Virus record (IMG/VR): IMGVR_UViG_3300036945_000811
DNA from: a virus
Length of the DNA stretch: 50,274 nt
Strand: one strand, 5' to 3'
Below, one piece after another: positions 36,624 through 45,563 of the stretch; the stretch's first letter is position 1; every line of letters begins with the position of its first letter. The notes beneath the pieces are model-generated. The model ran no database searches. It worked only from the letters and a program-made list of their open reading frames with translations, and had not been told where the DNA came from. The position numbers and the translations under genes were made by a program.

Positions 36624-36688
36624 GATGGTAGTGGTTTATTTTGTTTAGTTAATCTCTCATCCAACAGTTATATTATACAAAATCTTTT

Positions 36689-36919
36689 TCACATTTCCAA
36701 ACTTCTACGACCACTTTTTTTATGATTACTGTTTTTTATTTTCTCACAATATTCATAAAACAAATCATCGTTAACAATAAATAAACCGTTCTTACGATAT
36801 TCATCACGGTCAACTACAGCAACAGTTAAATCACCACGATTAGCCGCTGTTGTAATGGCTGCCGTAGTGACGTTAGCTAAACTTGCGGCTTTTTTACGGG
36901 TTAAGATGTTATCTGCCAT
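36689..36919 (-). CDS. Small putative helix-turn-helix DNA-binding protein (76 aa)
   Basis: LTRKKAASLANVTTAAITTAANRGDL resembles excisionase/MerR-type HTH motifs; tentative. Confidence 0.5.
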   Translation of the reverse strand: MADNILTRKKAASLANVTTAAITTAANRGDLTVAVVDRDEYRKNGLFIVNDDLFYEYCEKIKNSNHKKSGRRSLEM

Positions 36920-37205
36920 GATATTTCATTAAGTTTTCTTCTTTTTCAATCGCACCGCTGTTAATACTAAAGTAAGGTATGCAGTTAAGAACATTCAACC
37001 TCCCGACAATGTGATAACAATTTCCAATCTCATAACCCAATGCCTCATCGTTAGGTTTACCAACAATAGGGTGGTTGTCTTTTAAACCATAAAGTAAACA
37101 TTTAGAAGCTCTTTGTATAACTTCAGCAGCTTCTTCCATCAACTGACCTAAGAAAAAAGCCTGTTCTTCAGTTAAGGATTCGTGTACAAGTTTACGAGGT
37201 TTCAT
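36909..37205 (-). CDS. MazG-like nucleotide pyrophosphohydrolase (putative, 98 aa)
   Basis: LMEEAAEV ... GYEIGNCYHIVGRL resembles the all-alpha MazG EExxE/ExxD pattern; tentative. Confidence 0.45.
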   Translation of the reverse strand: MKPRKLVHESLTEEQAFFLGQLMEEAAEVIQRASKCLLYGLKDNHPIVGKPNDEALGYEIGNCYHIVGRLNVLNCIPYFSINSGAIEKEENLMKYHGR

Positions 37206-37591
37206 TTCTTATCATTTAAAAAATTAACAAGTCTATCCTGATACCACTTTGCTTTTTCGTGATCTTTCTCACCTTTCCTACCAAGCCTCCAAAGGTATTT
37301 AATAATGTTACCTTTTAAGTAACCTACGAACTCTTCTTTCGTCATCGAAGCCTGTATAGCTTCTATACACTCGATACCATTGTGTTTGTAATGATCTGGG
37401 TTTATTTGGTCAATACCTCCACAAACAACAGGACTAACTAACACTGAATCTGGATCACCCATACGTTTAGCTTCCCACAAATGAAAAGGGTAAGGTTCTT
37501 TTCCCGGAATACATCTGTCAGCAGCATCGTCGTACTCACAATCATTTCCCTTAAGATGTTTACACGTCGTACAATGCTTAATCACTCCCAT
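37202..37591 (-). CDS. DUF3310-family phage protein with an N-terminal Cys motif
   Basis: [45 protein letters not shown] matches the DUF3310 signature. Confidence 0.7.
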   Translation of the reverse strand: MGVIKHCTTCKHLKGNDCEYDDAADRCIPGKEPYPFHLWEAKRMGDPDSVLVSPVVCGGIDQINPDHYKHNGIECIEAIQASMTKEEFVGYLKGNIIKYLWRLGRKGEKDHEKAKWYQDRLVNFLNDKK

Positions 37592-39219
37592 GACATCACC
37601 TCGCTTGTTATTGGAAAGTTACCCACAAATATTTGTTTAATTTCTTCAGCTATCAGTCTATGCTCTTTCTGCGTATCGTCTTTTAATCGTGTTTCCAAAT
37701 AATGGATCCAACTACGTACAGTACCGTTCATGTACAATTTCGTTTGTGTACAGAGTGGTAAGTACATACGGGCTGTTTCACGAGACACACCTTCACCGAT
37801 TAATCTTTTGTAGATACGTTCACTTCTGTGAAGGTGTGCTGATAGTTCTTGTTCAATATCAATGTCGTAAACAACATCACCGCTACCTTGTTTAGTATTA
37901 CCTTGTAACCGTAATTCAACATCTTCGAAATCGGTGACTTCAGCATAACGTTGGCTGTTGTGAACACAAATTCCGTTTGCTATATAGTTGTGCGAATCAT
38001 GTTCAACTTCGATATCGTAAGTTTCTTCGTCACCATACAACTCTATAGAAGTTATAATTTTCCAACGAACTGTTAATTTGGATGCGACTGTCTCTTTTGA
38101 AGTCTTAATACGATGACAATCTTTACATAAAATTTGCAAATTCGTGTAATCGAAAGCAAAATCACGATGTGTCGATACCGGTAATTTATGATCTATTTCC
38201 AAATCCAAATCGTTGTGGTATTTTCCGCAATGTGCACAAATACCATTAGACTCATTTAAAAGTTTGTTTTTGTATTTTATTTGCCAATCCCATACTTTTT
38301 TTCTGAACGACGATTGTTTACTATTGCCGTTTATATACAGATTGTTGTCTATTCCTTTCTTAGACGAATCTCGCATTTTAGATCGTGTGTAGTCTGACAC
38401 ATTTTTACCAAAACGTGGTTGTTTTTCTTTGTCCAACCCTTTGTTCCAAATGTCATACATCGAGGCTGTTTCTTTTTTACTAAATTGCAATCCGTGTATT
38501 TTTAGCCATTTTCGTATAGTGTGATAAGAGACCGAAGCTTCGTCTGCAATTCCTTGTACACCTGTTTTAGTAGCAATAGCTTTATGTTTAGCCGAACTAA
38601 GCCAATCTTTTGATTTATAGCAAGGTTCTCCATTGACAGCGATAATATCACCAACTTTCAAATTCTCAAGTGCAACAAAACCTTCTTTGTATTTTAAAAA
38701 CCTGTGTTCTTTTGTAGAACGCAAAACTTTACCGTCTTCGGTTTTCAAAACATACGTAGTTTTTATACCTGTTTTAAAAACTTCTTTAACTTTAGATTTT
38801 ACTAATTTTCCTGACGCGTTGTCGTAAACCCTAATACCTCTATCCCAAACGACTTGCATACGAGCATCGTTTTGGTATCTATATAAATCTTTAATTGCTA
38901 TTTTCTTAGTTCCGTTTTTGTTCACAGTTGTTATCAAACTATCTCCTGAAATGCAAAACTCCTGAAAACTAAAACTTTTATGTCTCAAAATCTGTGGAGA
39001 AATAGCTCTCGATGTTGTTATCTCAACACACATACTTGCCATTTCAAACGGACTCCAATGACCGTGTATAATTAAGTATTTGAATAGTTTAACATAATCG
39101 GGATTATCTTGGTTTCCAGAACTTACTCTTGCACAATACGCAATAAGTTCTTCTGCTGTACACGCTGATTCAGGTGCTTTGTATTCCGGTTTTGTTATGC
39201 TTATTAATCTTACTTTCAT
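37582..39219 (-). CDS. thyX: Flavin-dependent thymidylate synthase ThyX, interrupted by an intein (212-aa extein plus 333-aa intein)
   Basis: The ThyX signature [10 protein letters not shown]|SQRY is split exactly at the intein boundaries; extein length is typical of ThyX. Confidence 0.85.
   Translation of the reverse strand: MKVRLISITKPEYKAPESACTAEELIAYCARVSSGNQDNPDYVKLFKYLIIHGHWSPFEMASMCVEITTSRAISPQILRHKSFSFQEFCISGDSLITTVNKNGTKKIAIKDLYRYQNDARMQVVWDRGIRVYDNASGKLVKSKVKEVFKTGIKTTYVLKTEDGKVLRSTKEHRFLKYKEGFVALENLKVGDIIAVNGEPCYKSKDWLSSAKHKAIATKTGVQGIADEASVSYHTIRKWLKIHGLQFSKKETASMYDIWNKGLDKEKQPRFGKNVSDYTRSKMRDSSKKGIDNNLYINGNSKQSSFRKKVWDWQIKYKNKLLNESNGICAHCGKYHNDLDLEIDHKLPVSTHRDFAFDYTNLQILCKDCHRIKTSKETVASKLTVRWKIITSIELYGDEETYDIEVEHDSHNYIANGICVHNSQRYAEVTDFEDVELRLQGNTKQGSGDVVYDIDIEQELSAHLHRSERIYKRLIGEGVSRETARMYLPLCTQTKLYMNGTVRSWIHYLETRLKDDTQKEHRLIAEEIKQIFVGNFPITSEVMSWE
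37957..38955 (-). mobile_element. Intein (333 aa) with an HNH endonuclease domain and an HTH-like segment, inserted in thyX
   Basis: N-terminal CISGDSLI, block B TKEH, C-terminal ICVHN followed by +1 Ser. Internal [20 protein letters not shown]...[10 protein letters not shown] (HNH). In frame, 999 nt. Confidence 0.8.
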
Positions 39220-39220
39220 A

Positions 39221-39415
39221 TTACACCTTCACAGTAATTATTACATTTATGGTTTCATACAAACTTCTATTGAAAGTTCGTTGACATTGAGTATTAACAC
39301 TTTCGACAAAACAACCTGTGTCCCTCTCAAAATCAAAAATGGATTCACGAATTAAATTTTCTAAAGCTATACGTTTATCTTTTAATTGTAAAACTGTTAA
39401 ATCTTCAATCATCAC
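39221..39415 (-). CDS. Hypothetical protein (64 aa)
   Basis: ORF track; AGGAGG SD; coupled. Confidence 0.55.
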   Translation of the reverse strand: MMIEDLTVLQLKDKRIALENLIRESIFDFERDTGCFVESVNTQCQRTFNRSLYETINVIITVKV

Positions 39416-39612
39416 AAACCTCCTGTATAATCAACCAATTGAGCAAAATCGCTAAGTTTGACACACTCACCCTCGTCACCATTATAAGCGCATTCGCCTT
39501 TAATTGTTACCATAACACTACTGTCGTCGCAACCTTCGAGTTGGTAATTATATTTGTCACACAAATCAACAAGTTCTTTTGCGAAATCTTGAAATTTGTT
39601 TTGCGCCATCAC
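39412..39612 (-). CDS. Hypothetical acidic protein (66 aa)
   Basis: ORF track; AAGGAGG SD; ATGA coupling. Confidence 0.55.
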   Translation of the reverse strand: MMAQNKFQDFAKELVDLCDKYNYQLEGCDDSSVMVTIKGECAYNGDEGECVKLSDFAQLVDYTGGL

Positions 39613-39989
39613 TCAACCTCCTTCTCAATTAAACTATCAAGATCGACCATCCTCAATAAAGCTTTCATCTCAGGAGTTAGTCTAAATTTCACACTTAGAT
39701 TACCGCCCTCAATACCTCTCTTTCTCTCAAAAATTGGAGTTTTCCACAAGACAAAAGTGCCCACTCCTTTTAGAGTGACTGGACGACCTGAAGCCAATAC
39801 CTCCCTGATCGTGTCAACAGCAGCTTTGAAAGCCAACTCAGCATCTGTTTTTCGAGGATGCACACCTTGCCGTAAAACACCTGCATCGTTAGTCGGCACG
39901 CTCATTCGAGCATCCATTTGTTCTTGCATGGTACGATAGAGATCAGCAGATGATTTCTTGACTTGGATTTTGTTGGGATGTTTTCTCAT
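39609..39989 (-). CDS. HU/IHF-like DNA-binding protein (putative)
   Basis: RPVTLKGVGTFVLWKTP...RKRGIEGGNLSVKFRLTPEMK resembles the HU arm region; first gene of the leftward replication block. Confidence 0.55.
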   Translation of the reverse strand: MRKHPNKIQVKKSSADLYRTMQEQMDARMSVPTNDAGVLRQGVHPRKTDAELAFKAAVDTIREVLASGRPVTLKGVGTFVLWKTPIFERKRGIEGGNLSVKFRLTPEMKALLRMVDLDSLIEKEVE

Positions 39990-40034
39990 AGTATAGTGGT
40001 TTTGTTAATCGAACTCCTGAATGATAATGAATCT

Positions 40035-40063
40035 TTTACAGATATCCAACAATTATTTACAAT
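40035..40063 (+). promoter_or_regulatory. Candidate sigma70-type promoter (TTTACA - 17 nt - TACAAT) for the primase operon
   Basis: Hexamers at 40035-40040 and 40058-40063 in the divergent intergenic region, about 55 nt upstream of the ATG at 40120. Confidence 0.4.
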
Positions 40064-40119
40064 AAATTTTAAAAAATGAAATAAATTTTTATATTCATTT
40101 AAACTTAATCAAATCCAAG

Positions 40120-40344
40120 ATGACACAGACACTCAACGAAAAAACTTTAAAGTTGCTTCGTAACAGACCCAACTTTATAAAATTCAAGCAGATAGAAGAA
40201 GACACAGGTATTCCGAAAGGCTGGATGTACATGTATGCCAAAGGAAAGATCACCGACCCCAGTGTCAATAGGATTGAAATTCTTCACAAATATCTAATTG
40301 AATCATGTGATGCCACAGATACCAAAACTACCGATACAGATTGA
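40120..40344 (+). CDS. Small putative HTH regulator (74 aa)
   Basis: FKQIEEDTGIPKGWMYMYAKGKITDPSVNRIEIL resembles a Cro/XRE-type HTH; first gene after the divergent promoter region. Confidence 0.55.
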   Translation: MTQTLNEKTLKLLRNRPNFIKFKQIEEDTGIPKGWMYMYAKGKITDPSVNRIEILHKYLIESCDATDTKTTDTD

Positions 40345-42697
40345 CCACATACCGGCGGAACTCAAACAGTATAATCAGTGGATTTGCTGGAAGTCAATGC
40401 CCAATAAACTTGGCGGCAAACCTTCAAAAGTTCCACATTCACCTGAGAGTGGTCGAATGGTGTCAGTCAATCCTACTGACAGTAACTTATGGAGTACGTT
40501 TGAGAAAGCTGTAAAAGCCTACAATTCAGGTATTTATGCAGGAGTAGGTTTTGTATTAACAGACGATGATCCGTTTTGCTGTGTCGACTTTGACGAAATT
40601 AAAAGTGACTACGCCAGAGAACTACAGGCTGAGTTTTGGGATAAACTCGGTCATACTTTTGCCGAAGAGTCACCTAACGGATTTACACATTTTTGGTTAA
40701 AAGCCAAATTGGTTAACGGTAGAGATCGCCATAATATAGGGATGTATTCATCTCTACGGTACATGACATTTACCGGAATACCTATCAACAATAATCCGAT
40801 TGTAGAAGATCAGGTAATAGCCGATGAATTGTGGGCAAGATTGGGTAAAGCGGATAACCTGAAAACAGAAATAAATATACCGAGACAACCCATACAAGGT
40901 GAAGTTATTACAGACGAAGAGGTTTTGAGGAGGGCGAGTAACGCTGCTAATTTCGGTAAATTTAACATTTGCTGGAGCGGTAACTGGCAAGGATATTACA
41001 CGTCTGCGTCAGAGCTTAATCAGGCTTTATTTAATATGTTAGGTTATTATAGTCAAGATGACGAACAAGTTAAAAGGTTATTCATGTCGTCACCGTCGGC
41101 TATAAATGACGAAAAAGGTAAATATAAAGATGGCCGCACGGCGAAACCCCATGTGGATAAAATGTTGAAAAAATGTAGAGACCGAAGTTTTGCACCCACT
41201 GAAATTAATTTAAGTGCTATACAAGCGAATGTTACGAATCAGATTGCGGAGATCAAGGCCGCCAAAGCTGAAAAGCTTGAAAAAAAGATTGAAGAGAAAA
41301 TTGAACACTACGAACCTTTACCCACAAGAGATTTTATATCACCTTTATTCCCTCAAGGACTCGTCGGAGAGATCGCACAAGCCATATACGACTTCGCACC
41401 TGTGCCAGTAGCAGAAATTGCCCTGACGGGCGCTCTGGCGTTCATGTCGGGCATCTGTGGGAGGTGTTACAACTTCAACGGAGCTGGTCTGAACATGTAC
41501 TACTTACTGGTTGCCAGTTCAGGGACAGGTAAAGAGGCGATGAAAGAAGGTATCGACATGATCTATTACGAAGTTGGAAAAGGTAAGACAGGTATTGACT
41601 GTGCAAACTTTCGAGGCCCTATGAAAATTGCTTCAGAACAGGCTATTATCAAACATTTCAGCGATTCAAAATCAAAGTCGTTGTTGAGTATATACGGTGA
41701 GGTTGCAAAAGAATTTGAGAAAATAAAGAACGCAAATAAAGCAAGTACGGGTTTTGATTTCCAAGATATTCTTTTGAAGTTTTACTCCATGTCAGGGCAC
41801 GGTAAGGTTCTGGATGAGTCAATTTACAGCGATCGGAAGAATAATGCAGGAGGAATTGAGAACGTATCTTTCAGTTTTCTCGGTCAAAGTGTGCCAAAGC
41901 GATTTTTTGAAACATTGACTGAGGATATGATCTTAAACGGACTGATACCGAGGTTCGTTGTGGTAGAGTATTCGGGACCCTGCGGATATCTCAGTGAGGA
42001 TATGAAACGGGCAGACCCCGCACTGGTAGCAAGATTACAAGACTTCATCTCAAACGCTATCATGCTGAATGAACAAAATGAGATATTACATGTAAAGGTA
42101 GAAGACGAAGCCAAAGATTATTTACGTGAGATAATGCGATATTGTACTGATTATAAAAACAGTACAGAAAATGAAGTTGTGAAAGAGTTGTGGAATAGGG
42201 TACATTTTAATATACAAAAATTAGCATCTATAATAGCAATTGGGCGTAATGCTTACGATCCGTGCATTAATTTACAAGATGTCGTGTGGGCATATGATTT
42301 TGTAAATCAATCGGTACGATTATTAACAAGTAAAGTTGAAGAAGGTGACATTGGAGGAAAGGCTGAAAACGTATCAATGGGTCAAAACCTTCATAAGATA
42401 ATGAGGATTGTAAGGCGTTGGTACACTGAAGAATTTACGGCTGCTGAGAAAAAGACAAAACGGTACGCGGAACTAAAGAAAGAGGGTGTTATCCCAATGC
42501 AGTATATTCAGCAACGTGCAGCGGCTTCAATGAAAGACCAACATACTTTTAAAGGTACAATCGAAGCTCTGGTGAGTTCAGGTGAACTGGTGCGGCTTAG
42601 TCATTTGGATAAGGAGAAGATAAGAGCTAAGTACAATTGGAGTCGGTATGATGCTGAAGCTTTTACTATTAGCGATGATTATAAGTTTGATAAATAA
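40298..42697 (+). CDS. Bifunctional primase-polymerase (AEP) fused to a DUF3987-type NTPase, with a C-terminal ~100-aa domain
   Basis: AEP motifs CCVDFDE (DxD) and GFTHFW; Walker A ASSGTGKE. The start is uncertain: it overlaps the previous gene by 47 nt, with an alternative Met at 40310. Confidence 0.85.
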   Translation: MNHVMPQIPKLPIQIDHIPAELKQYNQWICWKSMPNKLGGKPSKVPHSPESGRMVSVNPTDSNLWSTFEKAVKAYNSGIYAGVGFVLTDDDPFCCVDFDEIKSDYARELQAEFWDKLGHTFAEESPNGFTHFWLKAKLVNGRDRHNIGMYSSLRYMTFTGIPINNNPIVEDQVIADELWARLGKADNLKTEINIPRQPIQGEVITDEEVLRRASNAANFGKFNICWSGNWQGYYTSASELNQALFNMLGYYSQDDEQVKRLFMSSPSAINDEKGKYKDGRTAKPHVDKMLKKCRDRSFAPTEINLSAIQANVTNQIAEIKAAKAEKLEKKIEEKIEHYEPLPTRDFISPLFPQGLVGEIAQAIYDFAPVPVAEIALTGALAFMSGICGRCYNFNGAGLNMYYLLVASSGTGKEAMKEGIDMIYYEVGKGKTGIDCANFRGPMKIASEQAIIKHFSDSKSKSLLSIYGEVAKEFEKIKNANKASTGFDFQDILLKFYSMSGHGKVLDESIYSDRKNNAGGIENVSFSFLGQSVPKRFFETLTEDMILNGLIPRFVVVEYSGPCGYLSEDMKRADPALVARLQDFISNAIMLNEQNEILHVKVEDEAKDYLREIMRYCTDYKNSTENEVVKELWNRVHFNIQKLASIIAIGRNAYDPCINLQDVVWAYDFVNQSVRLLTSKVEEGDIGGKAENVSMGQNLHKIMRIVRRWYTEEFTAAEKKTKRYAELKKEGVIPMQYIQQRAAASMKDQHTFKGTIEALVSSGELVRLSHLDKEKIRAKYNWSRYDAEAFTISDDYKFDK
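42677..42697 (+). repeat. 21-nt repeat GATTATAAGTTTGATAAATAA at the 3' end of the primase gene; second copy at 42998..43018
   Basis: 20 of 21 identical to 42998-43018, and the AT-rich sequence following each copy is also similar. Confidence 0.85.
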
Positions 42698-42716
42698 TAA
42701 TTAAAATAATACTACA

Positions 42717-42980
42717 ATGGATTTACTTGCACAGGCTGGATTAGAGCGTTTACATATACTCAAGTATGCAGAAAAAGATATTCGATTTAAACAACTAAAC
42801 ATAATGAAACGGTGGACGGATGAGTGCTGCCCAGACGAAGAAGGTTATTATTGGATTATGACTGACCAATTGGCAACTCCCGAAATTGAATATCTCACAG
42901 ATGACAACATTTATAAGGGGACTATTGACGATTTTAAAATTACACACTTTTTAAAAATAAAACAACCAATTATACCATGA
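42717..42980 (+). CDS. Small phage protein (87 aa), paralogue of 43239..43559 (DUF551-like pattern)
   Basis: Shared pattern W-T-[DE]-[ED]-C-x-P-x(2,3)-GYYWI ... TH-[FW]-L ... P-I-[IL]-P in both products. Confidence 0.6.
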   Translation: MDLLAQAGLERLHILKYAEKDIRFKQLNIMKRWTDECCPDEEGYYWIMTDQLATPEIEYLTDDNIYKGTIDDFKITHFLKIKQPIIP

Positions 42981-42997
42981 CACTACTTGAAGTGATT

Positions 42998-43018
42998 GAT
43001 TATAAGTTTGAGAAATAA
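42998..43018 (+). repeat. Second copy of the 21-nt primase-end repeat, within a relic ...TLLEVIDYKFEK-stop
   Basis: 42980-43018 translates to TLLEVIDYKFEK*, compared with the primase end FTISDDYKFDK*. Confidence 0.8.
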
Positions 43019-43035
43019 TTAAATAAAATAACACT

Positions 43036-43242
43036 ATGATGAAAACTACAATATTAACACACGATGATTTAAAATACACATACAAATTAGTCACACCAAT
43101 TGAATCAAAATTTACAGGTAATTGTAGGAATAAGTGGGAACAGCGAAAACGATACGAAAGACTTAAAAAGAAATTAGCGTTTAAAATGCAAAAGGATATG
43201 GATGAATTAACAACTAACTTAATTTATGGAGTTGCGAAATGA
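43036..43242 (+). CDS. Hypothetical basic protein (68 aa)
   Basis: ORF track. Confidence 0.5.
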   Translation: MMKTTILTHDDLKYTYKLVTPIESKFTGNCRNKWEQRKRYERLKKKLAFKMQKDMDELTTNLIYGVAK

Positions 43243-43559
43243 ACAATTTACTTGAAGCAATCAGTTCTTTTAAATGGAGATGGTATATTTCAGAAAACGA
43301 ATCTGGACAAGACCAACTTGAAGCTGATATAAATAGTCATAACGACGCACTCGACCGCATAGCAGAAGTAGCCCAACAACCACGAGTGATGAAGCTGTGG
43401 ACAGAGGATTGTAAGCCTATAAATAATGGTTATTATTGGATTCGTGATAACGGTGGTATACGAACATGTTTTTTATCAAAAGGGCAACTGTGTCGGCCTT
43501 ATAAAGATTTAGATTACACTCACTGGCTTGAACTCGAACCAACACCAATTCTCCCATGA
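43239..43559 (+). CDS. Small phage protein (106 aa), paralogue of 42717..42980
   Basis: See 42717..42980; ATGA coupling on both sides. Confidence 0.6.
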   Translation: MNNLLEAISSFKWRWYISENESGQDQLEADINSHNDALDRIAEVAQQPRVMKLWTEDCKPINNGYYWIRDNGGIRTCFLSKGQLCRPYKDLDYTHWLELEPTPILP

Positions 43560-43792
43560 ACATAAATATGAAATGGATAGCCGTAGACAAAAACGGAGCA
43601 GCTCACTGGTTTGTTAAAAGACCTTACAGACGTTCTAATTATCCGCATTCAAAAGAAATTTGTCATTGGACACCACGTTTAGCAACACTGGAATGCAATG
43701 TAGACTACGGCCCAATCTCCAATAAAAGATTACTTGAAATAACAAACTCGTCTATGACTTGGGAATCTGAACCTTTTCGAGTGAACAAATAA
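43556..43792 (+). CDS. Hypothetical protein (78 aa)
   Basis: ORF track; last gene before the convergent terminators. Confidence 0.55.
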   Translation: MNINMKWIAVDKNGAAHWFVKRPYRRSNYPHSKEICHWTPRLATLECNVDYGPISNKRLLEITNSSMTWESEPFRVNK

Positions 43793-43819
43793 TGTTGACG
43801 AATAACCACAAACACAAAA

Positions 43820-43840
43820 GCCCGGTCATGGAAGCCGGGC
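43820..43840. terminator. GC-rich hairpin GCCCGG-N9-CCGGGC; on the minus strand it is followed by TTTTGTGTTTG
   Basis: Read directly; lies between convergent genes ending at 43792 (+) and 43979 (-). Confidence 0.55.
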
Positions 43841-43917
43841 CAATGTGTTTCGATGCAACCACTACGTAAATCATCGAGAGGGGAGACTTAATATACACAA
43901 AATTTTGATAATAAAAA

Positions 43918-43937
43918 ACCTCCCATTTCTGAGAGGT
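43918..43937. terminator. Bidirectional hairpin ACCTCCCA-TTTC-TGAGAGGT flanked by an A-run upstream and TCTTTGTT downstream
   Basis: Stem has one C.A mismatch. U-runs are available on both strands (plus TCTTTGTT; minus TTTTTTAT). Confidence 0.5.
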
Positions 43938-43978
43938 CTTTGTTATAAACAAGATGGTCTATCAGGCCTGCGTCTTGT

Positions 43979-44605
43979 TTACATTACTCTCTGCACAATC
44001 GCATAAGCCTCACCAGCGAACTCTGTGGCATCAGCCGGTACATGCTTGATCGATACAGAATATTTGCGTACAGGGCGCAGGACAGGGATTTCTTTGCCAG
44101 TTTTGGTGCTGATCTTGACTTCACCTGTCGGTTCACTATACTTTCGATTGGTTGCTCCGACGGCAGACTGGATTTTCTTGACAACATCCTCACCTACTTC
44201 AGAATACCAAGTTGCACACTGGCCATCTTCACGAGGTTCAGGCATTGCGTCAAACGGGTAAGACGATGTTCGGGTAGAACTGTTACGGGTTGCTTTTACA
44301 AGCGGTTCAAACGTAAACTGTGTTTCACTCATTATTGCTCCTTTTTCTTTATTTATTGTAATCGATTCAACAGACTCAATATCGTTATTTTCGACAACAT
44401 TTCCTAATTCTTTTTCAAGAAACATCATTCCAGCCTCGGTTATCTTGGTTGCGTACTTTCTCATAAATCCCACACCTGTATCATGGTATGTCCCATCAAC
44501 CATGACGTAACCAAGTTCTGCAAGTTCTTTGTGTTCTTTTTTTGAGGTGAAGATGAAGTCGGCAGAAGCGACTGATTTTAAAATGTCAAGTGATTTTTCT
44601 GTCAT
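43979..44605 (-). CDS. Hypothetical protein (208 aa from internal Met20 of ORF 43979..44662)
   Basis: The start at 44605 avoids overlap with the VRR-NUC gene and is preceded by the AACCACTAC leader motif. Confidence 0.6.
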   Translation of the reverse strand: MTEKSLDILKSVASADFIFTSKKEHKELAELGYVMVDGTYHDTGVGFMRKYATKITEAGMMFLEKELGNVVENNDIESVESITINKEKGAIMSETQFTFEPLVKATRNSSTRTSSYPFDAMPEPREDGQCATWYSEVGEDVVKKIQSAVGATNRKYSEPTGEVKISTKTGKEIPVLRPVRKYSVSIKHVPADATEFAGEAYAIVQRVM

Positions 44606-44622
44606 TGTAGTGGTTTTTTTAG

Positions 44623-45042
44623 TTAAAGCGTTCCTTCCAAATACTGTCGCATAATATCCCATGCAACTTTATAATCATCATAAAGTACACAGTAGAATCC
44701 GTTATTCCAAACAAATTCACCAAATTCAGTCTGTTCTTTACTTAAAACACCACCTTTTTTCTTACCATTTGGCGGTAGTTTTGTTTCAAAGTAGATTCCG
44801 TGATATCCACAGTTTGCATAAGGTAGGAATAAATCCCATACTCCTGGAACCATCCCTGCAGCTGCCATTTTAGCAGCTCTAATGGAACGTACTCTTGCAT
44901 TATCTCCATAAACCCCACCGTTAGGGATGGAATGAAGGTATTTTAACTGTGGGTAAGTTGGTATATTCAAACGGCACTGTTGTATAAACGCCATTTGAAC
45001 GCTATCTTCAGAATCTTTTTGTAGTTGTTCAGGTGTTAACAT
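44623..45042 (-). CDS. VRR-NUC domain nuclease
   Basis: GMVPGVWDLFLP ... GIYFETK matches the VRR-NUC PD...E-x-K core. Confidence 0.8.
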   Translation of the reverse strand: MLTPEQLQKDSEDSVQMAFIQQCRLNIPTYPQLKYLHSIPNGGVYGDNARVRSIRAAKMAAAGMVPGVWDLFLPYANCGYHGIYFETKLPPNGKKKGGVLSKEQTEFGEFVWNNGFYCVLYDDYKVAWDIMRQYLEGTL

Positions 45043-45199
45043 CCATCCGTTCCCAGTTAATATTTACATTTAACTCGTTATCCAAACACGATTTACAAGG
45101 TTCTTCTTTTACATCATTGTCAACGTATTTACAGGTAGTACAAACACCAACTTCCAAACCTGTACCACTATACGGGCCGGGTATAAAGTTTTCAATCAT
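45029..45199 (-). CDS. Small Cys-containing ORF (56 aa)
   Basis: Hand translation MIENFIPGPYSGTGLEVGVCTTCKYVDNDVKEEPCKSCLDNEL... (CxxC...CxxC); ATGA coupling. Confidence 0.4.
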   Translation of the reverse strand: MIENFIPGPYSGTGLEVGVCTTCKYVDNDVKEEPCKSCLDNELNVNINWERMDVNT

Positions 45200-45336
45200 A
45201 ATTTAACTGCTAAAATTTTACCACATTTTGGGCAAACGTAAACATCTACCTCATAATACGGTTCTTTTTCTTTATAGTAACTATAACTAAATTCCATCTC
45301 CTCCCCACATTCAGGGCACAAAGGGTTATCGTTCAT
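45196..45336 (-). CDS. Small zinc-ribbon ORF (46 aa)
   Basis: Hand translation MNDNPLCPECGEEMEFSYSYYKEKEPYYEVDVYVCPKCGKILAVKL. Confidence 0.45.
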   Translation of the reverse strand: MNDNPLCPECGEEMEFSYSYYKEKEPYYEVDVYVCPKCGKILAVKL

Positions 45337-45472
45337 TTAGCACCTCACGTATTATGTCAATCAGTAGTACCGATGTAACTACAAACACAACGATCGCCCA
45401 TACAGAATACTGGTAGTGTATACAACAGATCATTATTACCAATAAACAGGTTGCTTGGAAGAGGTTCCTCAT
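45326..45472 (-). CDS. Small membrane protein (48 aa from internal Met22 of ORF 45326..45535)
   Basis: GGAGGT SD 5 nt upstream of the ATG at 45472; MRNLFQATCLLVIMICCIHYQYSVWAIVVFVVTSVLLIDII is hydrophobic. Confidence 0.45.
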   Translation of the reverse strand: MRNLFQATCLLVIMICCIHYQYSVWAIVVFVVTSVLLIDIIREVLNER

Positions 45473-45563
45473 CTCAACCTCCGATCGTTCCCTTCTATCA
45501 GTGCTGTAATTATTCCTAACGCGACCAGTACCCAAAAGACAAAGATGACCATTCGTTCACCGC

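Noticed and set aside
39439-39939. 166-aa plus-strand ORF
   Set aside because: It is antisense to two SD-preceded, translationally coupled minus-strand genes, including most of the HU-like one. No start context and no motif.
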